64,000 nt of DNA, taken from contig JAFATB010000014.1 in NCBI GenBank assembly GCA_019244185.1, forward strand, positions 63,587-127,586. Reading direction: 5' to 3'. The notes beneath the pieces were generated by a model. The model saw nothing but the letters and a program-made list of their open reading frames with translations. It was not told the DNA's origin and did not search any database. Both the position numbers and the translations under genes were made by a program. Every line of letters begins with the position of its first letter. Position 1 is the stretch's first letter. Of this stretch, positions 45,091 to 55,852 are shown in pieces. The stretch is from Acidobacteriota bacterium. GTDB lineage: Bacteria; Acidobacteriota; Thermoanaerobaculia; Gp7-AA8.

Positions 45091-47298
45091 TCAGACACCG
45101 CCGCCTCGCTTTTGTGGCGTCGACTCCCACGTCGTCCGCTCAATCGACCAGTTCGACGGCGTGACGACGGCGCGCGTGGAGCTGCCGAGCGACGCGAGTA
45201 GCTCTTCGAGCGGTGTCGACGGCCGCGTGCCGTTCGACCGCACGCCGTTCCATTCGAGAAGCGACGGATTCGGCAGCGGCTGATCGGTGGTCAGCAGCAC
45301 GTACGTGTCGACGCCGTACGGCGGCGAGACCTCGAAAGCGCAGAGCGGGATCTCGGCGGGCGGCGCTACCGACGGGTCGATCGGGAAGCGGTTCTCCACC
45401 GAGCCGCTCGCGGCGCGCGGATAAAGAAGGATGCTCTGGCCGCGGCTGTCGATCACGAAGAGGTAGACGAAGCGGCCGTCGACGCGCGGCGGCAGATTCA
45501 CGCCGCGCAGCACCGCCTGATAGCGCTCGTGTCCCATGACGCTCGTTCCGTGCACGAGCGCGTTGTCGTGCGCGCGCCGCAACGCGAGGTGATACGGCGA
45601 GCGCGCCGCGGGCGGCGAGTCGAGCAGTTGCCACGCGGCGATGCGGCGCAGGCGGAGCGCGGTGTCGCGCAGCGTCTCCGCGTCGCTCGTCCACGCGCTG
45701 CGCACCGGCAGGCCCGACTTGCGGCGATCCGCGCGCGTGACGCCGGGGCGGATCCACGCGTACGCGAGCCGCCCGTTCACGAAGCGTCCGGTGAGGATGT
45801 AGTCGGCCTCGGCGGGATCGTTCGCGACATCGTTCGGCGGAATGGCGAGCCGTTCGACGATGGCCTGCGGCGCGGGCAGCTGCACGAAGAGCGACGCGCC
45901 TTCCGGCACCGCGCGCACGGCGTTCTCCGCGCCGTCGGTATCCGGCGTGAACGCCGTTGACGCGCCGCGCGGGCGCAGGAGCTCCCACTGCTCGTTACCG
46001 CGTCGCAGCACGTACTGCGGCGTCGTGGCGGTGGGATCGTGAATCCAGCGCAGACCGCGTTGCGCCGCGATGCGCGTGAGCGCGCGCGCGAGTCCGCCGA
46101 TCGAGACTTCGCCCAGCGCGACTTGCGGCAGCGCGACGCGCAGCGGTCGCGCGGGCGCGGCGAGCCAGCCGGACGGTTCGAGCAACGTCCCGGCGTCGAC
46201 GCGTCCTTCTTCCACACGCGCCTCGGCATTGCCGAGTCCGACCAGCGCCGTGACGCGGACGCGCGTGCGCGGATCTCCGGCCACGCGCAGCACGCTGCCG
46301 GCGGAGAGTCCGTTCGCCCAGCCGCCCTGCAGCAGCACGTTGCCGTTCGCGAGGAGTTTGGCCACCGCGACGCGCGTGCGTTCGTCGCCACGTGCACTAC
46401 GGCGTTCGTCACGCGTGCCGAGGAACGGCGTGTTGCGCGCGGAAGCAGTCGCGGCGAACACCGGCTCCTGAAACGGCATCTCCGTGCGCAGGCGCGCCTG
46501 CGTGCGCAGAAACATCTCGAACGCCGACTCGTCCGGCGCGGCGTCGCGCATCGCGCGCATCCAGCCCCACGTGAACGCGCCGTGCAGATTGTTGCGGTCG
46601 TCGCGTTTCTCGCGCGCGTCCTCGAAGTCCTGCGACGCGGCGATGACGACGGCGCCGCGCGACTCCGGACGCGGTCCCGCGTCCGCGCCGTCGGCGACGT
46701 CGCGCTGATCGGGCTTGATGCCGCGCGCGACCGCGCCGGTCGGCAGTCCGCGCGCACCGGAGCCGCTGTGGCAGTCGTCGAGCATCACCGTGAGGCGCGC
46801 GCCGCGATCGAGGACGCGGTTGAAGAGGCGGCGCAGTTCCTTGTCGCGGATGTCGGGCGCGCCGCGACGCGAGTCGGCGGGGACGATCGATTCGTCGAGA
46901 TGATCCGGCTCGTCCGAGCGCGAGTTGCGCACCTGCGAGCCGTGGCCCGCGTAGTAGAAAAACACGATGTCGCCTTCGGCCGCCGTCGCGACGAGCTGCG
47001 TTTCGATCGCGCGCAGGATCGCCGCGCGCGTCGCCGCCTCATCGGTCAGCGTCACGATGTCCTGCAGTGCGAAGCCGCGCAACGCGACGAGCAACTGCCG
47101 CATCGCCTCGACGTCGTTGACCGCGCCGCCGAGGGGCGGCCAGTCGCGTTCCGGCGCGGCGGGTCCGAGCGACGGGAGATGCGAGGCCGAGTAGTCGTTG
47201 ATGCCGACGAGCAGCGCGCGTTTGTGCGGCGCGGCGGCCGCGTCGTGGGCGAAGATCACGGCGCAGAGGAGCGCGAAACAGGCGTGCTTCAGCGACAT
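45091..47298 (-). CDS. caspase-family (peptidase C14) secreted protein, large C-terminal extension
   Basis: Signal MSLKHACFALLCAVIFA. ALLVGINDY, YYAGHGSQ and MLDDCHSGSG are canonical caspase/metacaspase His and Cys motifs. The ORF-track start at 47637 is upstream of the signal peptide and unlikely. Confidence 0.75.
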   Translation of the reverse strand: MSLKHACFALLCAVIFAHDAAAAPHKRALLVGINDYSASHLPSLGPAAPERDWPPLGGAVNDVEAMRQLLVALRGFALQDIVTLTDEAATRAAILRAIETQLVATAAEGDIVFFYYAGHGSQVRNSRSDEPDHLDESIVPADSRRGAPDIRDKELRRLFNRVLDRGARLTVMLDDCHSGSGARGLPTGAVARGIKPDQRDVADGADAGPRPESRGAVVIAASQDFEDAREKRDDRNNLHGAFTWGWMRAMRDAAPDESAFEMFLRTQARLRTEMPFQEPVFAATASARNTPFLGTRDERRSARGDERTRVAVAKLLANGNVLLQGGWANGLSAGSVLRVAGDPRTRVRVTALVGLGNAEARVEEGRVDAGTLLEPSGWLAAPARPLRVALPQVALGEVSIGGLARALTRIAAQRGLRWIHDPTATTPQYVLRRGNEQWELLRPRGASTAFTPDTDGAENAVRAVPEGASLFVQLPAPQAIVERLAIPPNDVANDPAEADYILTGRFVNGRLAYAWIRPGVTRADRRKSGLPVRSAWTSDAETLRDTALRLRRIAAWQLLDSPPAARSPYHLALRRAHDNALVHGTSVMGHERYQAVLRGVNLPPRVDGRFVYLFVIDSRGQSILLYPRAASGSVENRFPIDPSVAPPAEIPLCAFEVSPPYGVDTYVLLTTDQPLPNPSLLEWNGVRSNGTRPSTPLEELLASLGSSTRAVVTPSNWSIERTTWESTPQKRGGGV

Positions 47299-47735
47299 TT
47301 GACGAGCCTCTCTGCTTCGTCCTGGGTCACGTCGCCGTACGTCCAGATGCATTTGGAGACGTCTTTGTAGGCGACGCCGCGGAATTCGTGCAGGCGCAGG
47401 AAGCGCTTCACGCCGCCGCCGTACGCGTCGTATTCGCCGGCGCCGTAGTGCATCGCTTCGATCATCGAGCCGTCGAGGATGATCCCGGTCTCGAGGAGCA
47501 GCACGCGGCAGTCGCGGCCGGCGGCGTTCGCGCGGATGTGCCACGCGTGGAAGCGCGACGCGTCGTACAGCTGGGCAAGCGACCGGGCCGCCGCGACGTG
47601 CTGGCCGGCGTTCGCGGCCGAGCGCTTCGCGGTGCATTGCGCGCCGCCGAGGATCAGGAGTGCGCCGAGGAGGAATGTGCGCGCCAAGGGTTGATCCTTT
47701 CGAAAAGGTGCGCCGCCCGTTGCCGGGCGGCGCAC
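47289..47735 (-). CDS. small secreted hypothetical protein
   Basis: Hydrophobic N-terminal segment LARTFLLGALLILGGAQC. Sits in an operon between caspase-family genes. Confidence 0.4.
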   Translation of the reverse strand: MRRPATGGAPFRKDQPLARTFLLGALLILGGAQCTAKRSAANAGQHVAAARSLAQLYDASRFHAWHIRANAAGRDCRVLLLETGIILDGSMIEAMHYGAGEYDAYGGGVKRFLRLHEFRGVAYKDVSKCIWTYGDVTQDEAERLVKCR

Positions 47736-47748
47736 CGCGGAAACGAAA

Positions 47749-48825
47749 TCAGTGCGTCGGCGGGCAGAGGATGCGGTCGTCGGGGCCGCGGCCGACGTTG
47801 AGGCGCAGTCCGTTCAGCAGATCGGACCAGAGCTCCGTCGTCGGGTGGATCGTCGCCCAGCTGACCTGCGGATACGAGCCGACGGTGGACGCGGGACCGG
47901 CGAACGGCACGAGGCGCTCTTCGCGCGCCGGCGCGTTGTCGGCGAGGTCGTAGTACAGCTCGAAGTGCTTGCCGGGCGCGGGCGACGGATTGCCGGTCGT
48001 CAGCGGCGGCGTGCGCGACGGCAGGTTCACCACCGCGAGCTCGATCTTGCCGTCTTCGTCGGGCGTGAGGTGCATCGTGCGTCCCGGATCGCCGTCGAAC
48101 TTCGTCTCGACGAGATCGATGCTGTCGCCGGTGACCTCGATGTCCGCGCCGACCCACGTGGCGATCGCCTGCGAGTACGTCGAGACGCTGCCGGTGCCGT
48201 CGAGGCGGCGGAAGTTCACGGGCGTGACGTCGCTGCCGATGCGCGCGACGGAGTACGTGAAGAGGTTCCCCGAGCGCAGTTTGAAGCGCGCCACCACGAG
48301 CCCCTCGGGCGGCGTCGACGAGGTGAGCGCCGACTTGAACGTGCAGTCGGGGCAGATGGACTGAAGCGCGGCCACCCACGAGAAGTCGCGGCGCTCGGTG
48401 GCCGTCGTCGGAATGACGGACGTCACCCCGTTGACGACCGCGCGGTCGCCGGTCTCGATGGTGAGCGACGGCAGATCGGCGGCCGACGTGCTGCCTTTGC
48501 GCAGCGTGAGATCGGAGGCGTCGAGCAGCCACGCACCGCCGCCATCGATGGCTGCCTCGAGCGACGCGAGCGCCGCCGTCGACGACTGATCGGGATACAT
48601 GAACGCCGCAATGGCGCTGTCGTTGGTCGGGCAATCGCCCGTGCAGCTGCCGCCGCGCGCGAAGACGAGCGGTTTGTGCGGCGGCAACGCGGTGCCGTCC
48701 GACATGTGGTAATGCTGCGCGCAATCGCCCGCGCTGAGCAGCACGACGTCCATTTCCGTCCCGTTCTGCGACGGAATGAATGCAATGAGACCACTGAAAA
48801 CGATGTGCAGAATGAAACTACCCAC
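47749..48825 (-). CDS. secreted hypothetical protein (about 358 aa)
   Basis: GTG start with RBS AAAGGAGA 7 nt upstream. Signal-like FILHIVFSGLIAFIPS. The overlapping track ORF 47654..48724 (-) is rejected. Confidence 0.5.
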   Translation of the reverse strand: MGSFILHIVFSGLIAFIPSQNGTEMDVVLLSAGDCAQHYHMSDGTALPPHKPLVFARGGSCTGDCPTNDSAIAAFMYPDQSSTAALASLEAAIDGGGAWLLDASDLTLRKGSTSAADLPSLTIETGDRAVVNGVTSVIPTTATERRDFSWVAALQSICPDCTFKSALTSSTPPEGLVVARFKLRSGNLFTYSVARIGSDVTPVNFRRLDGTGSVSTYSQAIATWVGADIEVTGDSIDLVETKFDGDPGRTMHLTPDEDGKIELAVVNLPSRTPPLTTGNPSPAPGKHFELYYDLADNAPAREERLVPFAGPASTVGSYPQVSWATIHPTTELWSDLLNGLRLNVGRGPDDRILCPPTH

Positions 48826-48844
48826 GGTTGTTCTCCTTTTTCGT

Positions 48845-51800
48845 TTACCGCGCGGGCGCGAACGGTGACGAGCCATGGCCGATCACCTGAAACGGAGCCC
48901 ACACGAGCACCGACTGGAGGCCGGAGGAGTTGTTTTTCCGGAGCAGTTCGATTTGCGCTTTCTGCATCGCCACTGCCGCGTCGTCGCCCATCCTGTAGTG
49001 CTGATGGAAAGACACGAGCAGGGGCTCCACTGTGGCGTCGCCGATGTTCCATAACGTCCCGACGACGGCTGGGACGCCATTGGCGATGAGCGGCCGTACG
49101 AGCGGACCGACGCCTTCCGCGCCGACCGGCATACCGGCCGCGCTGCTGCACGCCGCGAGCACGACCAGCCGCGCGCGCCCCGGCTTCAATTGCGACAGCA
49201 GATGAGCGGCGTCGAGAGCGCCTGGTTGTCCCGGCGTCTGCGCGAAATGCAATGAGGAACTGGAAGGCGTCTGTGCGTCGACGATCGCGTGCGCGGCGAC
49301 ATGAACGATCGCATCGTCGCGGACGCCTGTAATGAACGCGTCCGCCGTGGCGTCCGCTCCCGTCCGCACGACCGCCCCTGCATACGATTGCGCGATCGCG
49401 TGCACTTCCGCCTCGGCACCGGGCAAATGCGCGCCGTCCGGATTCCCGATCAGCAGCGCCGACGTGTCGCGCGGTAATTGCGCGTCGCGCGTGACCGACA
49501 GCGTGTACAGTGCCGCGCTCCCGGCCGTTTCGACCGGAGCATCTTCAATGACATAGCGGCGCGTCTCCGGATTGCGCAGCGCGGAAAACGGCAATCCGTA
49601 CATCGGTCCGTCCGGCACGAATACCAGCCGCGCGGCGCCGTTCGTCATTTGTGCCACGGCGCGCAACGGCTCGGCGAGCAAGGCGTCGTATGCGGCGAAC
49701 AGCGTGGCATCGAGTGTCGTCGTATCGCGCGTCGGCACCGCGCGCGACAACGCATTGTTCCAGCGCTCGACGTCGCGCTGCCGCACGCCGAGCGGGAGCA
49801 ATCGCCACGCGTCGCGGCTGATGACCCACGCGTACGTGCGGTCCTCCATCACCGTGTATTCAATGAGAAACGTTCCGGGCGGCAAGGTGCGCTGCAGCGC
49901 GGGCAGGTCGAGCTGGCTCGGCGCGTTCGGCGGCGGCGCGAGCTTCAAGGCGAGATTGAGCGGCTCGAACGCGCGCGAGCGGTCGGCATAGACGAACGCC
50001 TCCGCCTGCCGGTTCGTCTCGATCAGCTCGCGGATGAGGACGTGATACGCGTCCTCAAAGCGCGAGAAGTAATCGCTCCAGAGGATGTCCTCCCCGCCGC
50101 GGACGCGCTTCTCGAGGACGCGCGCTTCCTCCTGATGGAGCAGGTCGAGCGCCGCGCGCAGATCGGCCTCGCTCTCCCGCTCCAGCCCGGCGCGCCGTTC
50201 CGCCGCGGCGCGTTGTGCATAAAGGGACGCGCGAAACGCGCTGTATTCGAGGCCGCGCGAGAGATCGATGGCGGACGTGAACGCGGCCACGGCGCGTCGC
50301 GGATCGCGCGGTGCATAGGCCTGAGCTTCCACCTCGGCAATGCGCGCGTCGAGCGCGACGCGGTATTGCGGAGAAGGATCTCTTGCGCTGAGCCGCCTGG
50401 CTTCGGCGAGATCCTGCAATGCGGCATGGTTGTGGCCGGTCAGGAGCTGATAGTCGGCGCGCCGGCGGAGTGCAATGGCGATGTTCGTCTGCAGATACGC
50501 GATCGCCACGAGCCGGTCGGGCGGCGTTTCGACGGACATCTGCTGGACGAAGCGGACGCCTTCATTGGCGTACTGCAGTGCGGCTTGCGGATGGCCGAGG
50601 GCAAGCGCCGATGCGGCCGATTCACCGAGGACGAGGTGCCGGTCGCGCGGTTGTCCGAGGAAGCGGCGATTGCGAACGGTGGCGAGCGCGTCGCTCCAGC
50701 CGCGCTCGGACTGGCCGAGGACGCGCAGGATGCCGAAGCGGCGCGTGGCGGTCGCGGTGAGACCTTCCGGATCGTGCAGCCGCCGGTACATCGCGCTGGC
50801 CTCGTCATAATGGGCCAGCGCCTCGAGATGCCGGTCCTGTTGCCAGAGCTGATACCCGGCGCCGGAAGTGAGCCACGCCTCGATGTTGGCGTAACCCCGC
50901 GCGTGCGTCTCGCGGCGCATGGCCTCGATCGCCGCGACGTCCTTCTTGGAGAAGGCCAGCCCGCCTCGGGCGTACAGAGCCGCGGGACTGCCGCCGAGCT
51001 GTAATTGCGGGACCGCCGCCGCGTAATACGTGTTGATACCGGGAAACGTCGTAATGCGCCCGTCGCGCAGCGCCGCGTAGCCCGCCTTCAATGCCGCGCG
51101 TTGCGCCGGATTCGCGGACGCCACCGCCGCGATCTCGTCGCGCGCGTAATGATTTCCGGTGATCCGCGTCCATGCGTCGGCGAGCGTGCGCGCATAAGGC
51201 AATTGATCGGGCAGCAGCTCGTCTTCCATGTACAGCAGCGCGCTCGACGGATGCAGGCGGACGATGCGCTCGACCGCGCGGCGGTCGCCGGCGCGCAGCG
51301 CGGCGTGGAGCCACCGCGGCGACCATTGTTCGTCCCTCTGTTGTTGCAGCCGCCGCAGACGCTCGCGGGAGGTGGCGTCCTCGTTCTGCAGCGCGCCGAA
51401 GATCGCCATTGCGTCGGTCGTTAATCCCAGCGCTTCCTCGCACAAGGCGAGATTGAAGCGCGCGGCGGCCGGCGGCGGGATCGCGTTCGCGGCGTGAAAC
51501 GCGGCGTCGAAGGCATTGAGGTAATCGGCGGGCCGGTTCTGCCGCTGCGCGCGGATGTAATACGCGGCGGCGAGATCGCTCATGGCCGTGGCGTCGCGGT
51601 CGGCGAAATTCTTCAATGCCGCGATGCCGGCGTCGCTGCACGCCGTCTGGGCAATGGCCACGGAGACCGCCTGCTGCTCGGTGCGGATCGGGCGGCAATC
51701 CTTCTGGTCGGCAAGGCTCCAGTCGACCTCGACGCTCAGGCGCGGCTCGAGCCCCCACTCTTTGCGCGCATTCGTGTCTGACTTGGTGCAGTCGATCGAT

Positions 51801-51859
51801 AGACTGCAGAGGACGGCAGCGATGGCGATGAACGCGGAAGCTCTCAAGACTCTCATACG
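48845..51859 (-). CDS. CHAT-domain (caspase HetF-associated with TPRs) protein with N-terminal TPR repeats, lipoprotein-like signal
   Basis: C-terminal CHAT His/Cys motifs (VHVAAHAIVD...; LVVLAACSSAAG). Long TPR-like helical repeats. Start taken at MRVLRASAFIAIAAVLCSLSIDC. Confidence 0.7.
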   Translation of the reverse strand, partial: RMRVLRASAFIAIAAVLCSLSIDCTKSDTNARKEWGLEPRLSVEVDWSLADQKDCRPIRTEQQAVSVAIAQTACSDAGIAALKNFADRDATAMSDLAAAYYIRAQRQNRPADYLNAFDAAFHAANAIPPPAAARFNLALCEEALGLTTDAMAIFGALQNEDATSRERLRRLQQQRDEQWSPRWLHAALRAGDRRAVERIVRLHPSSALLYMEDELLPDQLPYARTLADAWTRITGNHYARDEIAAVASANPAQRAALKAGYAALRDGRITTFPGINTYYAAAVPQLQLGGSPAALYARGGLAFSKKDVAAIEAMRRETHARGYANIEAWLTSGAGYQLWQQDRHLEALAHYDEASAMYRRLHDPEGLTATATRRFGILRVLGQSERGWSDALATVRNRRFLGQPRDRHLVLGESAASALALGHPQAALQYANEGVRFVQQMSVETPPDRLVAIAYLQTNIAIALRRRADYQLLTGHNHAALQDLAEARRLSARDPSPQYRVALDARIAEVEAQAYAPRDPRRAVAAFTSAIDLSRGLEYSAFRASLYAQRAAAERRAGLERESEADLRAALDLLHQEEARVLEKRVRGGEDILWSDYFSRFEDAYHVLIRELIETNRQAEAFVYADRSRAFEPLNLALKLAPPPNAPSQLDLPALQRTLPPGTFLIEYTVMEDRTYAWVISRDAWRLLPLGVRQRDVERWNNALSRAVPTRDTTTLDATLFAAYDALLAEPLRAVAQMTNGAARLVFVPDGPMYGLPFSALRNPETRRYVIEDAPVETAGSAALYTLSVTRDAQLPRDTSALLIGNPDGAHLPGAEAEVHAIAQSYAGAVVRTGADATADAFITGVRDDAIVHVAAHAIVDAQTPSSSSLHFAQTPGQPGALDAAHLLSQLKPGRARLVVLAACSSAAGMPVGAEGVGPLVRPLIANGVPAVVGTLWNIGDATVEPLLVSFHQHYRMGDDAAVAMQKAQIELLRKNNSSGLQSVLVWAPFQVIGHGSSPFAPAR

Positions 51860-51889
51860 ATACGCGTTTCGCGGAATCGAGAGCAGGCG

Positions 51890-52447
51890 ATGATGCGGAG
51901 GAGACACGGAGACCGCGACGACGCGCGCTTCGAGGCGTTGTACCGGAAGTATTACGCGCGCGTATACCGCTTCTTTCGCGGCTACGGGCTCGCCGACGAT
52001 CAGGCGCAGGACCTCGCCCAGGCGACGTTCACGCGGATCTACGAGAGTTTCGACCAGTACCGCGGCGAGGCGGAGTGGGGCTTCATCCAGACCACGGCGC
52101 GCAACGAATTACTGAACTGGATCCGCTCGCGCAAGACCGCCAAGCGCAACGCCGACGTCCAGAGCATCGATGAAGTATTGACCAGCGAAGAGCCGCGCGT
52201 CGAGGAAGGCCCCGACCTCGCCGAACGGCAGCAATCACAACTGCGCAAGGCACGCCTCTGGGCGGCCATCGCCGGACTGCCGGAAGGGCAGCGTCAGTGC
52301 ATGGAGCTCTGGCTGAGCGAGGCGAAGTACGAGGGCATCGCGCGGACGCTCGGCATCACCGTCGATGCCGTCAAGTCGCGCATCCGGGACGCCAAACGAT
52401 CCTTGCGCAGCACACTGGGAGAAGCCCTCCCGGAGGACGACGAATGA
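51890..52447 (+). CDS. ECF-type RNA polymerase sigma-70 factor
   Basis: Region 2 ([18 protein letters not shown]...DLAQATF) and region 4 HTH ([43 protein letters not shown]). Confidence 0.8.
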
Positions 52448-53202
52448 TCACCAAGGCGGAACTGCAGGCAATTCACGGGCAGGTCCAGGCGGAACGGCGA
52501 AGGCTGCTCGCGCCGCCGACGAATGAAGAACTGTTCGCGTTCATGCGCGGCGAACTGAAGCCGGAGGAGGAGGCGCGCGTCCGCGAACTGCTCATCGCGT
52601 ATCCCGAGCTCGTGCGAGCGATGACCGAGCCGTTCCCCGTCGACGACGCGCGGCCGGGCGACCCCGGCTATCTTTCGGAGAGCGATCTCGACGTGCAGTG
52701 GCGCTCGCTGCAGACGCGCATCCACGGCGATGCGTCGACGTCGAACCTGCGCTTCTGGCGGCGGACGTCGTTCGCGCTCGCGGCCGCGCTGGTCGTGGCG
52801 TTCGGCGGTCTCGTGTGGCAGTCGACGCGCGCGCGGCAGGCCGGGCTCGCGCCGCGCGTGGCCATCGACGGACAGCAACTGCTCCCCGACGGCGAGCGCG
52901 GCGCCGCGCAGCCGGTGACGCTCCTCGCGCGCGGCGACACGTTCCTGCTGTACACCTCGCTCATCAACCCGCCGGGCTTCGCGTCGTACCGGCTCGAGCT
53001 CGTGCGCGAAGACGCGCCGGCGCATCCCATCTGGAGCAGTCCGCCGCTGCCGCGTCCCGCGAACGATACGTTCCAGGTCGTCGTCCCCGCCGCCTTCCTC
53101 GCGCCGGGCCGCTACCAGATGATCGTCCTCGGCGTGAGCGGCGCGCGGCAGGAGCGGCTCGCAACGTACTCGTTGCACGTCGCCGACACGCGTCCGATGT
53201 GA
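52444..53202 (+). CDS. putative anti-sigma factor (single TM)
   Basis: ATGA overlap with the sigma gene. Central [18 protein letters not shown]. Typical size and position. Confidence 0.55.
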
Positions 53203-53225
53203 GGCGGTTACCATGATGCCACGCC

Positions 53226-55817
53226 ATGCGTGGCTCGCTCGCCCTCGCTCTCGTGCTCACCGCGTTCTCCCTTTCCGCACAGGAGCGTGAGCTCGACGCC
53301 GCAACGACTCGCGATCTCGATTTCGCACTGACCCCGCGCACGGCGAAGCTGTCGGGCGATGCGTCCGTGATCCCGATCGAGATCGCGATCCCCGCGGACG
53401 AGCTGCAGTTCGTCGAGGAGGGCGGCGTGCTCGCCGCGACGTTCTCCGTGCGCGCGGAAGCGCGCGGACAGACGACGCGGCTCGACGAGCCGCAGCGCAT
53501 CACCGCGCCGCGCGGCACGACGCCCGCGGGCGCGGTGACGCGGCGCTTCGACGTGCATGTGGAGCGCGGCACGACCACGATCGACGTCGTGCTGCGCGAC
53601 GAAAACGCGCAACGCGAGGCGCGCCGCACGCTGGCCATCGACGGACACGAGGTGCATCTCGTCGACGTGGCCGACGTGCGCGCGGCGGATGCGCTCTGGC
53701 GCGACGCGCTCGACCGCGCGCAGCGCGAGCACAAACCGATCGTGGTCTTCTTCGAGACGCGCCCGTGCAGCCGCTGCCGCACGTTCGCGAGCGCCACGCT
53801 GCCGCATCCCGCGATCCAGCGCCGCCTCCCGCCCGTGGTCGTCGTCACATTGCCGGCGCAGGCCGGCGAGGCGGCGCGGCAGTGGCAGTCCGCCGACGCG
53901 GGTGTCGCGTTTTTCGATCGACGCGGCGTGCTGCGCGCGCGCTGGCCGATCGTCCCCGACACGACCGACTTCGGCATCATCCTCGACTCCGTCGCCGCGG
54001 TCGCGAATGACTTCGAGCGCGCCGCGCAGCTCTTCGACGCGAACGACCCGGGCGCCGCGGAGCTCGCCGTCGCGAACGGATTCGGACGCCTGGGGCGCAT
54101 CGCCGACGCGCGTGCGGCGCTCGCCCGCGCGCAGGCGTTGCAGGATCGCGCGACGCAGCAGGCGGCGCTGGTCATCGGCGCGATCTTCGACGCGAACGAA
54201 GGCAGAGTCGCGGACGCGCTGACGCTGCTCCAGCCGCTCGCCGCCTCGGCGGTGAATGCGCAAATCGCCGCGGATGCGTGGCTCGCGATCGGCGCGCTGC
54301 AGCGCGCCCGCGGCGCGAACGACGCTGCCGCACGCGCGTTCACCGCGGCGCTCGAACATCTCGACCCGAATGCGCCGCGCGCGGCGGACGCACGGCAGGC
54401 GCTCGATGAGCTGCGCAACGGGATGCGCGTCGCCGGCGCCGTGCGCGTGTTGCCGCCGTCGCGACAGGTCGTCAGCGGCCGGCAGCTCGTACGCACGCAC
54501 GTCGGCTCGCCCGCCGTCGCGCGCGTGGCGTTTTCCATCGATGGCAAGGAAGCCGCGCGCGTGACGCGGCCGCCGTTCTCGGCCACGCTCGATTTCGGCG
54601 ACGTGCCGGAACGCCACGTCATCCGCGCGGTCGCCGTCGATCGCAAAGGCCGCGCGATCGGCCGCGACGAGCGCGCGGTCAACGACGCCGGCGAGACGTT
54701 CTGGCTGCACTTCGTCTCGCCGCGGGAAGGTCCCGCGGACGGCAGCAAGGTGCACGTCGCCATGAACCTGCGCGTGCCGCCGACGCAAACGCTGCGGCGG
54801 CTCGTCGTGTCGTGGAACGATGCCGAGCGCGCGGTGCTGCAGGCGCCGCCGTGGGAGACGGACGTCGCCATTCACAACGGCGAAGTCGGCGTGTTGCGCG
54901 CGGTCGCGGAGCTGAACGATGGGCGCACGTCGGAAGACGCGGTGCTCCTCAACGCCGGCGGCGCCGCGGGCCGCGCGGACGTGCAGCTCGTCGAGCTGCG
55001 GATGACGATCGCCGGCCGCGACGGCAACGCATCCGCCGTCACCGCGCAGGACATCGTCGTCCGCGAAGGCACGCGCTCGCGCCGCGTCGAATCGATCGCC
55101 TCCGCCGGGGAAACGCCGCTCACGATCGGACTGCTCATCGACGTCTCCGCGAGCATGCAGGCCTCGCTCCTCGACGTGCAGGAAGCCGCCATCGGTTTCC
55201 TCGAGTCGATCCTCGGCCCGCGCGACCGCGCGTTCGTCATCACCTTCGACACGCGCGCGCGCCTCGTGCAGCCGGCGACCTCCGACGTCGCGCAGCTCCG
55301 CCGCCAGATCATGACGCTGCGCCCCGACGGCCTCACGTCGATCCACGACGCGATGGTCCTCGGCCTCCTGCAGTTCGAAGGCGTGAAAGGCCGCCGCGCG
55401 ATGATCGTCTTCACCGACGGCCTCGACATCACCAGCGAGTACAAAGTCGCCGACGTGCGCGAGCTCGCGCGCCGCGTCTACGTGCCGATCCACGTCATCG
55501 CCTCGACGCCCGGCACCGCCGCGCGATTGCGCGCGTCGAGCGAGCCGCCGAAAGCGGAGCGCAGACTCGACGCGCCGAACGCGGAGCTGATGTCGATCGC
55601 GCGGGCCACCGGCGGCTCCGCGCAGACGCTCGACAACCTCGCCGAGCTCCCGCGCCTCTACGCGCAAATCGAGTCCGCCCTGCGCGCGCAACTCCTCGCC
55701 TTCGTCCGCACCGACCCCGGCACGCGCGCCAACGAATGGCGCCCGGTTACCGTGCACGTGAACGGCCGCAAAGACGCGGAGGTGTTTGCGCCCGAGGGGT
55801 ATTACGCGCCGTGGTGA
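53226..55817 (+). CDS. secreted protein with thioredoxin-like CxxC segment and C-terminal vWA domain
   Basis: Signal peptide. VVFFETRPCSRCRTF (Trx-like). vWA MIDAS LLIDVSASM ... IVFTDGLD. Confidence 0.6.
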   Translation: MRGSLALALVLTAFSLSAQERELDAATTRDLDFALTPRTAKLSGDASVIPIEIAIPADELQFVEEGGVLAATFSVRAEARGQTTRLDEPQRITAPRGTTPAGAVTRRFDVHVERGTTTIDVVLRDENAQREARRTLAIDGHEVHLVDVADVRAADALWRDALDRAQREHKPIVVFFETRPCSRCRTFASATLPHPAIQRRLPPVVVVTLPAQAGEAARQWQSADAGVAFFDRRGVLRARWPIVPDTTDFGIILDSVAAVANDFERAAQLFDANDPGAAELAVANGFGRLGRIADARAALARAQALQDRATQQAALVIGAIFDANEGRVADALTLLQPLAASAVNAQIAADAWLAIGALQRARGANDAAARAFTAALEHLDPNAPRAADARQALDELRNGMRVAGAVRVLPPSRQVVSGRQLVRTHVGSPAVARVAFSIDGKEAARVTRPPFSATLDFGDVPERHVIRAVAVDRKGRAIGRDERAVNDAGETFWLHFVSPREGPADGSKVHVAMNLRVPPTQTLRRLVVSWNDAERAVLQAPPWETDVAIHNGEVGVLRAVAELNDGRTSEDAVLLNAGGAAGRADVQLVELRMTIAGRDGNASAVTAQDIVVREGTRSRRVESIASAGETPLTIGLLIDVSASMQASLLDVQEAAIGFLESILGPRDRAFVITFDTRARLVQPATSDVAQLRRQIMTLRPDGLTSIHDAMVLGLLQFEGVKGRRAMIVFTDGLDITSEYKVADVRELARRVYVPIHVIASTPGTAARLRASSEPPKAERRLDAPNAELMSIARATGGSAQTLDNLAELPRLYAQIESALRAQLLAFVRTDPGTRANEWRPVTVHVNGRKDAEVFAPEGYYAPW

Positions 55818-55852
55818 GGGGCGCGGTGTAACCTCCGCGCAGCCATTGCGGC

